DNA from: Treponema sp.
GTDB taxonomy: Bacteria > Spirochaetota > Spirochaetia > Treponematales > Treponemataceae
Assembly: GCA_017450845.1 (NCBI GenBank)
Contig: JAFSSU010000303.1
Coordinates: forward strand, 1-49,826
Length of the DNA: 49,826 bases
Direction of reading: 5' to 3'
Shown piece by piece: positions 1 through 8,258 of this stretch. Below the pieces are notes generated by a model that did not search any database, had not been told where the DNA came from, and was given only the letters and a program-made list of their open reading frames with translations. Position numbers and translations under genes: made by a program. The first letter of the stretch is position 1. Each line of letters begins with the position of its first letter.

Positions 1-287
1 ACGCTCGTGATGTTCAGCGCCCAGTCGCCTTCTTTCTTAAAGCCCTGGTCCATCACGCAGAAGGAAGCCTTGTCACATTTTTCAATCGCGTCAATCTTGT
101 GGCCTTCCTTCGCGCAGTGAAAATATATTTTGCCGTCGTCCTCGTCATAGAAAAAATCCATGGGAACGGTATAGGGATAGCCGTCATCGCCGAGCAGGGC
201 AAGCACCCCCCGCCACTCGTTTTTCAGAATCTCAACGCACTTTTCGCTGGCGACCTGCTGCCCGAACCTTCGCATTTGCCTAAACAT
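1..287 (-). CDS. Pyridoxamine 5'-phosphate oxidase-like / NimA-family flavin-binding protein (runs off the left edge; not in ORF track)
   Basis: Manual minus-strand translation from ATG at 287 (GGAGG RBS upstream): MFRQMRRFGQQVASEKCVEILKNEWRGVLALLGDDGYPYTVPMDFFYDEDDGKIYFHCAKEGHKIDAIEKCDKASFCV. The GYPY.VP and IYFHCA.EGHK motifs are typical of this family. Confidence 0.85.
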   Translation of the reverse strand, partial: MFRQMRRFGQQVASEKCVEILKNEWRGVLALLGDDGYPYTVPMDFFYDEDDGKIYFHCAKEGHKIDAIEKCDKASFCVMDQGFKKEGDWALNITS

Positions 288-323
288 GCTGCACCTCCAT
301 CATCAAAATCCATGTCTCTGTGC

Positions 324-352
324 ATGATAGCACAAGCCGGGGAAAGAATCCA
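324..352 (-). promoter_or_regulatory. Sigma70-type promoter for the Nim-like gene
   Basis: Minus strand TGGATT (352-347), 17 bp, then TATCAT (329-324) with an extended -10 TGn. The -10 is flanked by the inverted repeat TGTGC-N6-GCACA. Confidence 0.5.
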
Positions 353-416
353 GCTGCGCGCGAGGACCGCTTTATTCGTATAAGCGACGATTTGTTATTA
401 AAATCGTATTTTGGTA

Positions 417-445
417 TTGACAAGTTGTCAAAAATAGCGTAAGCT
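417..445 (+). promoter_or_regulatory. Sigma70-type promoter for the flavodoxin gene; -35 lies inside the palindrome TTGACAA-G-TTGTCAA
   Basis: TTGACA 417-422, 17-bp spacer, TAAGCT 440-445; GGAGG RBS before ATG 489. Confidence 0.65.
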
Positions 446-488
446 CTAGATAAGCAACGGGTTGTTGCTTAATAAACGGAGGAACCTT

Positions 489-1034
489 ATGAAGAAACTT
501 ATCTCAGCACTTTTGCTCGGAGGACTTGTTATGACAGGAACTTTGACTGCACAGACCGGCAAGGCAAGGACGGCGGTCGTCTATTTCAGCGCGACGGGGA
601 CGACCGAGCGCATGGCCAAGGACGCGGCGGACGCGATGGGAGCGGACATCTTTGAGATAGAGCCTGTCCACAAGTACACGAGCGCGGACCTGAACTGGCA
701 CGACAAGAAATCTCTTTCTTCCATTGAGTGCAACGATCCCAAGAGCCGCCCCGCAATCGCCAACAAGATTGACATATCGGGTTACGACGCGGTAGTCCTG
801 TGCTACCCCATCTGGTGGGCCTATGCACCCAAGATCGTCTACACATTCACGGAGAGCCAGGACTGGAAGGGCAAGAAGCTTGTCACCCTCTGCACGAGCG
901 GCGGGAGCGGGCTTGGACGGAGCGGCAAGGATCTGGCAAAATTCGCCAAGGGCGCGGACTTCAAGGGAGGGAAGGACTTCACCGGGAAGAGCGGTTCCGA
1001 CGTGAAGAACTATGTGGACGGCCTTTTAAAATAG
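489..1034 (+). CDS. Flavodoxin (flavodoxin_4 type) with N-terminal signal peptide
   Basis: VVYFSATGTT FMN-phosphate loop, YPIWW and CTSGGSG motifs. Signal-like N-terminus MKKLISALLLGGLVMTGTLTA. Start moved to 489 because of the RBS. Confidence 0.9.
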   Translation: MKKLISALLLGGLVMTGTLTAQTGKARTAVVYFSATGTTERMAKDAADAMGADIFEIEPVHKYTSADLNWHDKKSLSSIECNDPKSRPAIANKIDISGYDAVVLCYPIWWAYAPKIVYTFTESQDWKGKKLVTLCTSGGSGLGRSGKDLAKFAKGADFKGGKDFTGKSGSDVKNYVDGLLK

Positions 1035-1050
1035 GACGGGGACAAAGGAA

Positions 1051-1093
1051 TGACTCAGGCGGGGGCGGCCACTTCAGGCTTCCGCCTGGGTCA
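1051..1093. terminator. GC-rich hairpin between convergent genes (possible bidirectional terminator)
   Basis: TGACTCAGGCGG (1051-1062) pairs with CCGCCTGGGTCA (1082-1093). No clear U-tract. Confidence 0.5.
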
Positions 1094-1113
1094 AGTTGCC
1101 CCAATAACCCTTC

Positions 1114-1521
1114 TTACAGGCCCTGCTTCTTGGCTTCCTGCCAGAGCGCGTTTTCCTCGGCCTCATGGCTCACGTCGAGCGAAAGGCCCCTTTCCCGCAT
1201 TTTTTCTTCTATATAATTGAACCTTCCGGCGAACTTCCTGTTTGCCCTGTCCAGCGCCGCTGCTGGGTCAACTCCGAGCGAACAGACATAGGATATGGCG
1301 GAGAAGAGCACGTCCCCGCATTCCTCGATCAGGTGCTCCCTGTCATCCTGCCCGGCGGCCTCCTCGGCCTCGTCCAGCTCCTCCCGAACCTTTCCGGCTG
1401 CATCCGCATGGGAGTGCCAGACCCATCCCAGGAGGGAGGCCTTGTCCAGGAGGCGGCGGGCTTTTTCCAGTGGGGTCAGTTCCGGGGGAATGTCGTCGAG
1501 GGAGTGTCCTTTCATGCACAT
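1114..1521 (-). CDS. MazG nucleoside triphosphate pyrophosphohydrolase, single (C-terminal-type) domain
   Basis: KVREELDE, EECGDVLF and ALDRANRKFAGRFNYIE motifs, ending W..AK. Start may be 1515. Confidence 0.85.
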   Translation of the reverse strand: MCMKGHSLDDIPPELTPLEKARRLLDKASLLGWVWHSHADAAGKVREELDEAEEAAGQDDREHLIEECGDVLFSAISYVCSLGVDPAAALDRANRKFAGRFNYIEEKMRERGLSLDVSHEAEENALWQEAKKQGL

Positions 1522-1551
1522 AGCTTTTTCTCATTTTCGGCATCTTTTCGG

Positions 1552-1580
1552 TTGACAGTGAGGGGAAAAGGGGGTAGAAT
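1552..1580 (+). promoter_or_regulatory. dcw operon promoter
   Basis: TTGACA 1552-1557, 17 bp, TAGAAT 1575-1580. Confidence 0.85.
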
Positions 1581-1587
1581 GTCATCA

Positions 1588-1614
1588 AGTGGGAAATAGT
1601 GGGGAAAAGTGGTG
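1588..1614 (+). promoter_or_regulatory. MraZ-binding direct repeats (autoregulatory operator)
   Basis: GTGGGA-AATA-GTGGGG-AAAA-GTGGTG at 10-bp period just upstream of mraZ, matching the known GTGG/TGGG MraZ boxes. Confidence 0.8.
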
Positions 1615-1624
1615 AGATAATGGT

Positions 1625-2068
1625 ATGGACTTGCTGATCGGTGAGTACCGGAACACCTTGGACGAGAAGGGGAGAATCCTCTTTCCTGCCAAGCTCCGGG
1701 GCATTTTGCAAAAAAATGAGCTCATCGTGACGAAAGGTCTGGACCATTGTCTCATGCTTTTTACAAGCGAGGAATGGGCTTCTCTGAGTGAAAAAATCAT
1801 GAAGAAGTCCTCTCCTTTCAATGATCAGACCAATAAAGTCATCAGGCGTTTCATCGCACCGGCACAACAGCTGGAATTTGACCGTTCTGGCCGCCTCTCT
1901 ATCCCCCAGTGCTTAAGGGAATACGCTTCCCTCTCGGGTGAGTCCGTGATTCTGGGCCTGAACAGGTATATGGAGTTGTGGGATTCCAAGTGCTACGATG
2001 AGTATCTGTCTTCGACCGAGGCAGACTTCAAGGACGCAGCCGGGAGCATGAGCGATATTTTCCTGTAA
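1625..2068 (+). CDS. mraZ: Division/cell wall cluster transcriptional repressor MraZ
   Basis: LDEKGRI and FDRSGRLSIP duplicated motifs, ELWD; first gene of the dcw cluster. Confidence 0.97.
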   Translation: MDLLIGEYRNTLDEKGRILFPAKLRGILQKNELIVTKGLDHCLMLFTSEEWASLSEKIMKKSSPFNDQTNKVIRRFIAPAQQLEFDRSGRLSIPQCLREYASLSGESVILGLNRYMELWDSKCYDEYLSSTEADFKDAAGSMSDIFL

Positions 2069-2086
2069 TCTCAGGTAGTTAAGGAA

Positions 2087-3073
2087 ATGGAAGTCGTACA
2101 TACTCCTGTCCTGCTTCAGGAATGTCTTTCTCTGCTTTCGCCGGTAGGCGAGCCTTATGAGGCGGATGCCTTCATGGTGGACTCCACCTTGGGCGAGGGC
2201 GGGCACTCCTACAATTTCCTGAAAAGCTACCCGGGACTCAGGCTGCTGGGGCTGGACGCTGATCCGGTCATTCAGGCCCGCGCCAGGGAGCGGCTGGCCC
2301 CCTTCGGGGACCGTATGTCATTCTGGTCGGGCTGGTTCGATGATTTCTATGCGAATTATCCAAAGGACACCAGGAGGCCCAATCTTATCCTCTTTGACCT
2401 GGGGATAAGCGTCTTCCATTACGAGAGGAGCGGGAGGGGTTTCTCTTTCCGCCATGACGAGGAGCTTGACATGCGGCTGAACCCGGCATCGCCCGAGAGC
2501 GCGGCGGATGTCGTCAACGGCATGGAAGAGAAAAAGCTCGCGGACCTTATTTATTTGTATTCGGACGAGAAGTATTCGCGGCGCATTGCCTCGGCAATAA
2601 CCACGGCCAGACAGGCAGGCCGCATTGCTTCTACCAAAGCTCTTGCCGATATAGTTGCCGGCGCGGTTCCCCCCAAGTACCGCCACGGCAGCATTCACCC
2701 GGCGACGAGGACATTCCAAGCCTTGAGGATTTACGTCAACAAAGAGTTGAGACGACTTCCGGATGCCCTCCACGCCGCGTTCAATGCCCTTTTACCACAG
2801 GGGAAACTGGGGGTAATTACGTTCCATTCTCTGGAGGACAGAATAGTAAAGCGCTATTTCCGCAACCTTGCGAAAGAGTGCGTCTGTCCTCCGGAGCAGA
2901 GCGTTTGCTCGTGCGGAGGCTCTCCCTGCGCGGTCCTGCTCACTCACAAGGGGGTGGAGCCGACGGCTGAGGAGGTCGCGGCAAACTCACCGTCCCGGAG
3001 CGCGAGGCTCCGCGTGTTGCGGAAGCTGCGTGACGCAGGAAAGGAACGCCTCGCCGGGGTGGAGGCCGTATGA
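2087..3073 (+). CDS. rsmH: 16S rRNA m4C1402 methyltransferase RsmH (MraW)
   Basis: HTPVLL, DSTLGEGGHS, FDLGIS, LDMR, TRTFQALRI, ITFHSLEDR, SRSARLR. Confidence 0.97.
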   Translation: MEVVHTPVLLQECLSLLSPVGEPYEADAFMVDSTLGEGGHSYNFLKSYPGLRLLGLDADPVIQARARERLAPFGDRMSFWSGWFDDFYANYPKDTRRPNLILFDLGISVFHYERSGRGFSFRHDEELDMRLNPASPESAADVVNGMEEKKLADLIYLYSDEKYSRRIASAITTARQAGRIASTKALADIVAGAVPPKYRHGSIHPATRTFQALRIYVNKELRRLPDALHAAFNALLPQGKLGVITFHSLEDRIVKRYFRNLAKECVCPPEQSVCSCGGSPCAVLLTHKGVEPTAEEVAANSPSRSARLRVLRKLRDAGKERLAGVEAV

Positions 3074-3387
3074 AGCTGGATTTCTCTCGGATTTTCAAGA
3101 CCGCGCTGGTCTGCATTTTTGCCCTCACAATCCCGGCCCTTCTGGTCATAGACGGGATTCATGCCCGGAAGTACACGGACCTGGAGAAGCAGGTGGAGGA
3201 GCTGGAGAAGCGGCAGAAGCAATTAATAGAAGAAAACAAGAAGCTCATAACCGACATCAGCCTCCTGTCGTCCTCGGAGAGGATTGAGGAGATTGCCTGC
3301 GACTCGCTCGGTATGCGCGAGGCGGAGAGCGACGAGATTGTCCGCGTGGAGATGTCTGGCAGCTCCGCCAAGAAGGCCGGTGACTGA
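3070..3387 (+). CDS. ftsL: Cell division protein FtsL
   Basis: One TM helix, coiled coil, LSSSERIEEIA...LGM; follows rsmH. Confidence 0.85.
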   Translation: MKLDFSRIFKTALVCIFALTIPALLVIDGIHARKYTDLEKQVEELEKRQKQLIEENKKLITDISLLSSSERIEEIACDSLGMREAESDEIVRVEMSGSSAKKAGD

Positions 3388-3388
3388 T

Positions 3389-4825
3389 ATGACCGGCACG
3401 CTCCTTTCTCTTGATGAATTGTTGTCCGCCACGGGCGGCAGTCTCCTTTCTTCCGCCGCGGACTTTTCGTTCGGCTCCGTCGCGACGGACAGCCGCAAGG
3501 TCACGGCAGGCAGCCTTTTTGTCCCCCTCATCGGGGAGAAGCAGGACGGGCACAGCTACATTCCCCAGGCCTTGGAGAAGGGGGCCTCGGTCGTCCTTGT
3601 CTCCAAGCAGAGCTACGGCAGGAATCCGGGCTTTTTTGCGCCCTTTTTTACTGGGAAGCCTTCGGCGACCTTCATCGGCGTGGACAATACCCTTCATGCC
3701 CTGCAGGCTGCCGCCGCCCGCTACGTGGAGAAGTTCCCGGGTCTCATAAAAATAGGCATAACCGGCTCGAGCGGCAAGACGACGACCAAGGAGATTGCCC
3801 TTGCCCTCCTGTCGCGGAAGTACAAGGTCATAGCCAACGAGGGCAACCTGAACAGCGAGACGGGCCTGCCCCTTTCGGTGTTCAACATCCGGGAAGGGCA
3901 CGAGGTCGGCCTTTTTGAGATGGGGATGAACCGCAGGGACGAGATGAAGGAGATTTCCGCCGTCCTGAAGCCCCGCTACGCCGTCATAACCAACATCGGG
4001 ACCGCCCACATCGGAATCCTTGGCAGCCGCCAGGCGATTGCCGAGGAGAAGTCCCGTGTCTTTGACCATTTCACGGCCTCCTCCGTTGCCTTTATACCCA
4101 AGGATGATGACTTCGCCGTTTTTCTCTCGGAGACGGCAGGCAGGAAGGGGGGCAAAAGCTGCTTCTACGGGGAGGACTCCGTGGAGGGGGTCCGCTTTGT
4201 CAGGAACAGGGGGCTTTTGGGGACGGACTTCACGATAGACGGAAAGGCCGTCACCCTGAGCCTGCCGGGAAGCTACAACTACCGGAACGCCCTCGCCGCG
4301 ATATGCCTGGCCCGTGAGCTTGGTCTGTCCGCGGATGATATAATAGAAGGTTTTTCAAATCTCAGGCCCCTTTTCGGCAGGTGTGAGCTTATCAGCGATG
4401 ACAGGCGGGGAATCCGCATCCTGCAGGACTGCTACAACGCCAACCCGGATTCCATGGAGAAGGCCGTTGACCTCATTTCCTCCGATGATTCCGGCTCCCA
4501 TTTCCTTGTCCTTGGCGACATGCTGGAGCTGGGGGAGGCCTCTTCTGACTCCCACCGCGCCGTCATATCGCAGGCTGTCGCTTCCGGTGCCACGGTGATT
4601 CTGGTCGGTCAGGAGATGTCCGCCGCCCTTGAGGGAATGCGGGGGCAGGCGGGGATGCAGGATGTCCTATGCTTCCCCGACAAGTCCGACGGGTCCATCC
4701 TGAAGATAGCCGGCCTGCTCAAGGCCCGTATGTCCCCCGGTGATGCCGTCCTCATAAAGGGCTCGCGGGGCATGGCCCTTGAGCGGCTGACGAAGTGCCT
4801 TACTGACGGAGGGGAGGATGAGTGA
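3389..4825 (+). CDS. murF: UDP-N-acetylmuramoyl-tripeptide--D-Ala-D-Ala ligase MurF
   Basis: TDSR, GITGSSGKTTTKE, GNLN, EMGM, DCYNANPDSM, LGDMLELG, KGSRG. Start set to ATG 3389. Confidence 0.96.
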   Translation: MTGTLLSLDELLSATGGSLLSSAADFSFGSVATDSRKVTAGSLFVPLIGEKQDGHSYIPQALEKGASVVLVSKQSYGRNPGFFAPFFTGKPSATFIGVDNTLHALQAAAARYVEKFPGLIKIGITGSSGKTTTKEIALALLSRKYKVIANEGNLNSETGLPLSVFNIREGHEVGLFEMGMNRRDEMKEISAVLKPRYAVITNIGTAHIGILGSRQAIAEEKSRVFDHFTASSVAFIPKDDDFAVFLSETAGRKGGKSCFYGEDSVEGVRFVRNRGLLGTDFTIDGKAVTLSLPGSYNYRNALAAICLARELGLSADDIIEGFSNLRPLFGRCELISDDRRGIRILQDCYNANPDSMEKAVDLISSDDSGSHFLVLGDMLELGEASSDSHRAVISQAVASGATVILVGQEMSAALEGMRGQAGMQDVLCFPDKSDGSILKIAGLLKARMSPGDAVLIKGSRGMALERLTKCLTDGGEDE

Positions 4826-5975
4826 GTTCTCCTTCAAGGCTGACCGCCCGGTAGGCTCCTACGGCAGGAGCGACATCTTCTTCATCATCTCCGTCCTTCT
4901 TCTCTGGGGCCTGGGGATATTCACGCTGTATGTCTGCACCCCCTATACGGCGGAGCGTCTCTTCGGCGACCGCTACTACTTCGTCACCAGGCAGCTGGTC
5001 TGGTCGGGCATAGGGTTTGCCCTGATGGTGTTCTTCGCCGTCGTCAAGATGAGCGTGATACAGAAGATGCTTCCGTTCATCGTGATGGGGACGCTCTTCC
5101 TCTGCCTGCTCGCTTTCATACCCGGCATAGGGAGCAACAGGAAGGGGGCTTCCCGCTGGATTTACATCGCCGGCCTCTTTACATTGCAGCCCTCGGAGTT
5201 CGCCAAGTTCGCCGTCGTCCTCTTCCTCGCGAACCTCTTCCAGAAGCAGAGGCGGGAGGGAAGGAGCGACTTCTACTATCCGCTGGCGGGCCTCTTTGTC
5301 TTTGTCGCCATCATCTTCGTGCAGAGGGATTTTTCCACCGGGGTCTTCATCTTCCTGGTCGGCTGCATGATGTTCTTTGTCTGCGGGGCACGGATGACCT
5401 GGTTCCTGCCCCTGCTCCTGCTGGCCCTTCCGGCGATTGCCCTGATGGTCAGCATTGAGCCTTACCGCCTGAACCGTGTCATAGCGTTCCTGCACCCGGA
5501 GGAGTTCGCCATGACGAGCGGCTATCAGGAGATGGCCTCCAAGCGGGCGATAACGGCGGGCGGATTCTGGGGGAACGGGGTCGGCGAGGGGCTTACCGAG
5601 GTGTTCAAGATTCCCGAGCTCCACGCGGACTATATCTTTGCTGGCTGGGCGGATTCCATGGGGCTTTTCGGCGTGACGGCCTATTTTGCCCTTCTCCTGT
5701 TCTTCGCCTGGCGGGGGACGCTGATTTCCCTCAATTGCGGTAACGCTTTTGCCGCCTATGCGTCTTTCGGATGCGTGTGCATGGTGTTCATGCAGTCGCT
5801 CTTGAACTGCGCCGTCGTGTGCGGCGCGGCTCCGACGACCGGAATGCCCCTGCCATTCTTCTCTTCCGGCGGCTCCTCGCTGGTCGTCAGCTTCTGCATG
5901 TGCGGCTTTGTGATAAACGCCTCCCACGCTCCTCCCGATGATGAAGGAGGGGGCATGAGCGTCCTGGGCATCTAG
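4818..5975 (+). CDS. ftsW: SEDS peptidoglycan glycosyltransferase FtsW
   Basis: Multiple TM helices; GASRW, QPSEFAK, GYQ, PELHADYIF, PTTGMPLPFFSSGGSSL. Confidence 0.95.
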   Translation: MSEFSFKADRPVGSYGRSDIFFIISVLLLWGLGIFTLYVCTPYTAERLFGDRYYFVTRQLVWSGIGFALMVFFAVVKMSVIQKMLPFIVMGTLFLCLLAFIPGIGSNRKGASRWIYIAGLFTLQPSEFAKFAVVLFLANLFQKQRREGRSDFYYPLAGLFVFVAIIFVQRDFSTGVFIFLVGCMMFFVCGARMTWFLPLLLLALPAIALMVSIEPYRLNRVIAFLHPEEFAMTSGYQEMASKRAITAGGFWGNGVGEGLTEVFKIPELHADYIFAGWADSMGLFGVTAYFALLLFFAWRGTLISLNCGNAFAAYASFGCVCMVFMQSLLNCAVVCGAAPTTGMPLPFFSSGGSSLVVSFCMCGFVINASHAPPDDEGGGMSVLGI

Positions 5976-6016
5976 CGAGATATTTTGCAGTAAAAAGCTT
6001 TGAGGGGAATAAAAAA

Positions 6017-6880
6017 ATGAGCGGAGCGGCCAGCGTGAAAAGGGATTTGGGGGGCATGGACTTCCTGATGAAATCTGCCCCGGCGGGGGAGAGAAAGAAG
6101 GATCCACGGATAACGATCGCTAAGATTGTCGTCCTCATCCTCATTGTCCTGCTTGCCTTGGAGGCGGTTTTCTATACGATGGTCATCCCCTGCCTTGCCC
6201 CGGTGAAGGTTCAGTTCTCCGGGCTCAAGACGATTCCGTCCTCCCTCCTGATGCAGAAGCTCGAGGACATGGGGACCGTCACCTGGATTGAGTTCGACTC
6301 CGGCAGGGCGGTGGATGCCCTCTCCTCTTTCTCCTGCATCGAGAGCGTCGGTGTGGACAAGATTTTCCCCGACAAGGTCGTCATAACGATAAAGGAGCGG
6401 CAGGCGGTCGCGAAGACGATCATGAACATAAATGGCCGCTCCACAACTGTTCAAATCTCCGAAAATGGTGTATTATTCACGAACACGGCATCGGTTTCCG
6501 CGGATTCGGATATTCCCCTCATATCGGGGCTGCCGGTGGAGGGGATGCAGCTCGGGATGCGCTTCCCGTCGAAGTTCAGGCCGCTGATGGCCCAGGTGGC
6601 TGCGATTGGGGCGCTCCCGCAGAAGTATTTTTCTGCCATATCCGAGATCCAGGTCATGCAGAAGGAGTACGGCAACTATGAGCTCGTCCTCTATCCCGTC
6701 CAGGGGCAGCGCAATCATGTCAAGGTCCTCGCCGACCGGTCGCTGAACGAGGAGGCCTTGAAGCGCATGCTGGTCATCCTTGATGTCGTGAACTCCATCG
6801 AGCTGAACGTAAGCGAGATAGACCTCCGTTACGGGTCCATCTCCTACAAGGCCGAGGGAGAAGGTGCTTTGGCCCGCTGA
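6017..6880 (+). CDS. ftsQ: Cell division protein FtsQ/DivIB
   Basis: Single TM, POTRA-like KIFPDKVVITIKER, C-terminal IDLRY; lies between ftsW and ftsA. Confidence 0.88.
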   Translation: MSGAASVKRDLGGMDFLMKSAPAGERKKDPRITIAKIVVLILIVLLALEAVFYTMVIPCLAPVKVQFSGLKTIPSSLLMQKLEDMGTVTWIEFDSGRAVDALSSFSCIESVGVDKIFPDKVVITIKERQAVAKTIMNINGRSTTVQISENGVLFTNTASVSADSDIPLISGLPVEGMQLGMRFPSKFRPLMAQVAAIGALPQKYFSAISEIQVMQKEYGNYELVLYPVQGQRNHVKVLADRSLNEEALKRMLVILDVVNSIELNVSEIDLRYGSISYKAEGEGALAR

Positions 6881-6903
6881 GGCCGGCTTTCTGGGGGATT
6901 TAC

Positions 6904-8160
6904 TTGAGCAACATCATCGTGGGGCTGGATATAGGTACCACTTTCATAAAAGCCGTCATCGGGGAGCTGGACGAGGATGACAATGTTTCCGTCATCGGCT
7001 TCGCCAAGAAGCCCTCTCAGGGACTCCGCAACGGCGTGATCGTCAACATAGATGCGGCCGTCGCCGCCATAAACGCCACTGTCGATGCGGCCGAGCAGGT
7101 CGCGGGGGTGGACGTGGACTCCGTCTTCACGGCAATCGGCGGGGCCCAGGTGGAGAGCCTGAACTCCGAGGGGAATACCGTCGTGGATGACAGGAGCGAC
7201 AACTACAGGACCCTTGAGATCACGGATGCGGCAAAGGGCCGGGCGCTCGGGGCCTCCACGGCGATAAGCATCCCGATGGGCATGGGGATGCTGCATACCA
7301 TACCGCAGGAATACTTCGTGGACGACCTGCCCGGGGTCAAGGACCCCCTTGGCATGATGGGCAAGAGGCTCAAGGTCAAGGTCCACATCATACTGGCGAA
7401 CGAGACTGCCCTGGACAACCTCAAGCAGTGCATCGTCCGGGCCGGATACGAGTGGAACGGCATCGCCTCCAAGACTTTGGTGGCGGCCTTCGCGACGATA
7501 CACGAGGACGAGATGGATCTGGGATCCATCCTCATTGACATGGGGGGCGGCACGACGGATGTCATCGTGATGAACAAGGGGACGCCCGTCTTCATGGCTT
7601 CTATCCCCGTCGGCGGCAACCTCGTGACGAACGACATATCCAGGGTCAAGGACATTCACGTCTCCATCGCGGAGAAGATAAAGGTGGAGAGCGGCTGCTG
7701 CTGGATAAGCGGCGGCGATGAGGGCGAGGAGGTCATAATCCCCGGTGTCGGCGCGAGGCCCCCGGAGGTGACCAGCCAGCGTGAGCTCTGCCAGATAATC
7801 CAGCCCAGGGTCGAGGAAATATTCAAGATGGTGCGGTCGGAGATTGTCCACCATGCCAACCTGACCAAGCTGAACGGCAGCATAGTGCTGACCGGGGGCG
7901 GGTCCAAGATGCCAGGGGTGGTGGAGCTTGCGCAGTGCGTCTGGGGGACGACGTCCGTCAGGGTCGGGGAGGTCTCCGATATGGGCGGCCTGGACAAGGG
8001 CTACCGGGAACCTGACTTTGCGACTGCCGTCGGGCTTCTGGACGACAGGTGGAAGAGCAGGCAGTCTTCCTCTTCCAGGAAGAGCTCCGCCCCGAATTCG
8101 GAAAAAGGAGAGAATTTCTTGAAGAAAATCGGGAATAAATTCTGGAATAATTTCTTTTAA
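6904..8160 (+). CDS. ftsA: Cell division protein FtsA
   Basis: GLDIGT, IDMGGGTT, LTGGG, PDFATAVGL, C-terminal amphipathic helix; TTG start. Confidence 0.97.
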   Translation: MSNIIVGLDIGTTFIKAVIGELDEDDNVSVIGFAKKPSQGLRNGVIVNIDAAVAAINATVDAAEQVAGVDVDSVFTAIGGAQVESLNSEGNTVVDDRSDNYRTLEITDAAKGRALGASTAISIPMGMGMLHTIPQEYFVDDLPGVKDPLGMMGKRLKVKVHIILANETALDNLKQCIVRAGYEWNGIASKTLVAAFATIHEDEMDLGSILIDMGGGTTDVIVMNKGTPVFMASIPVGGNLVTNDISRVKDIHVSIAEKIKVESGCCWISGGDEGEEVIIPGVGARPPEVTSQRELCQIIQPRVEEIFKMVRSEIVHHANLTKLNGSIVLTGGGSKMPGVVELAQCVWGTTSVRVGEVSDMGGLDKGYREPDFATAVGLLDDRWKSRQSSSSRKSSAPNSEKGENFLKKIGNKFWNNFF

Positions 8161-8258
8161 TAGTATATGATTGAGGTTACTTGCGCCGATAAGGCGCATC
8201 CTTCCCTGGAAAGGGGATAATTTCAGGAAGGGGCTGAAAGTGGGTGGGAGGAAAAAGT

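Noticed and set aside
99-383. 94-aa plus-strand ORF
   Set aside because: Antisense to the Nim/PNPOx-like gene, which has the RBS and family motifs.
2870-2935. Cys-rich CVCPPEQSVCSCGG insert in RsmH
   Set aside because: A common insertion in RsmH from many anaerobes and Firmicutes; not novel.
3389-5975. Missing ftsI, murE, mraY, murD, murG in the dcw cluster
   Set aside because: A reduced dcw cluster is normal for treponemes; junctions are tight with no remnants.
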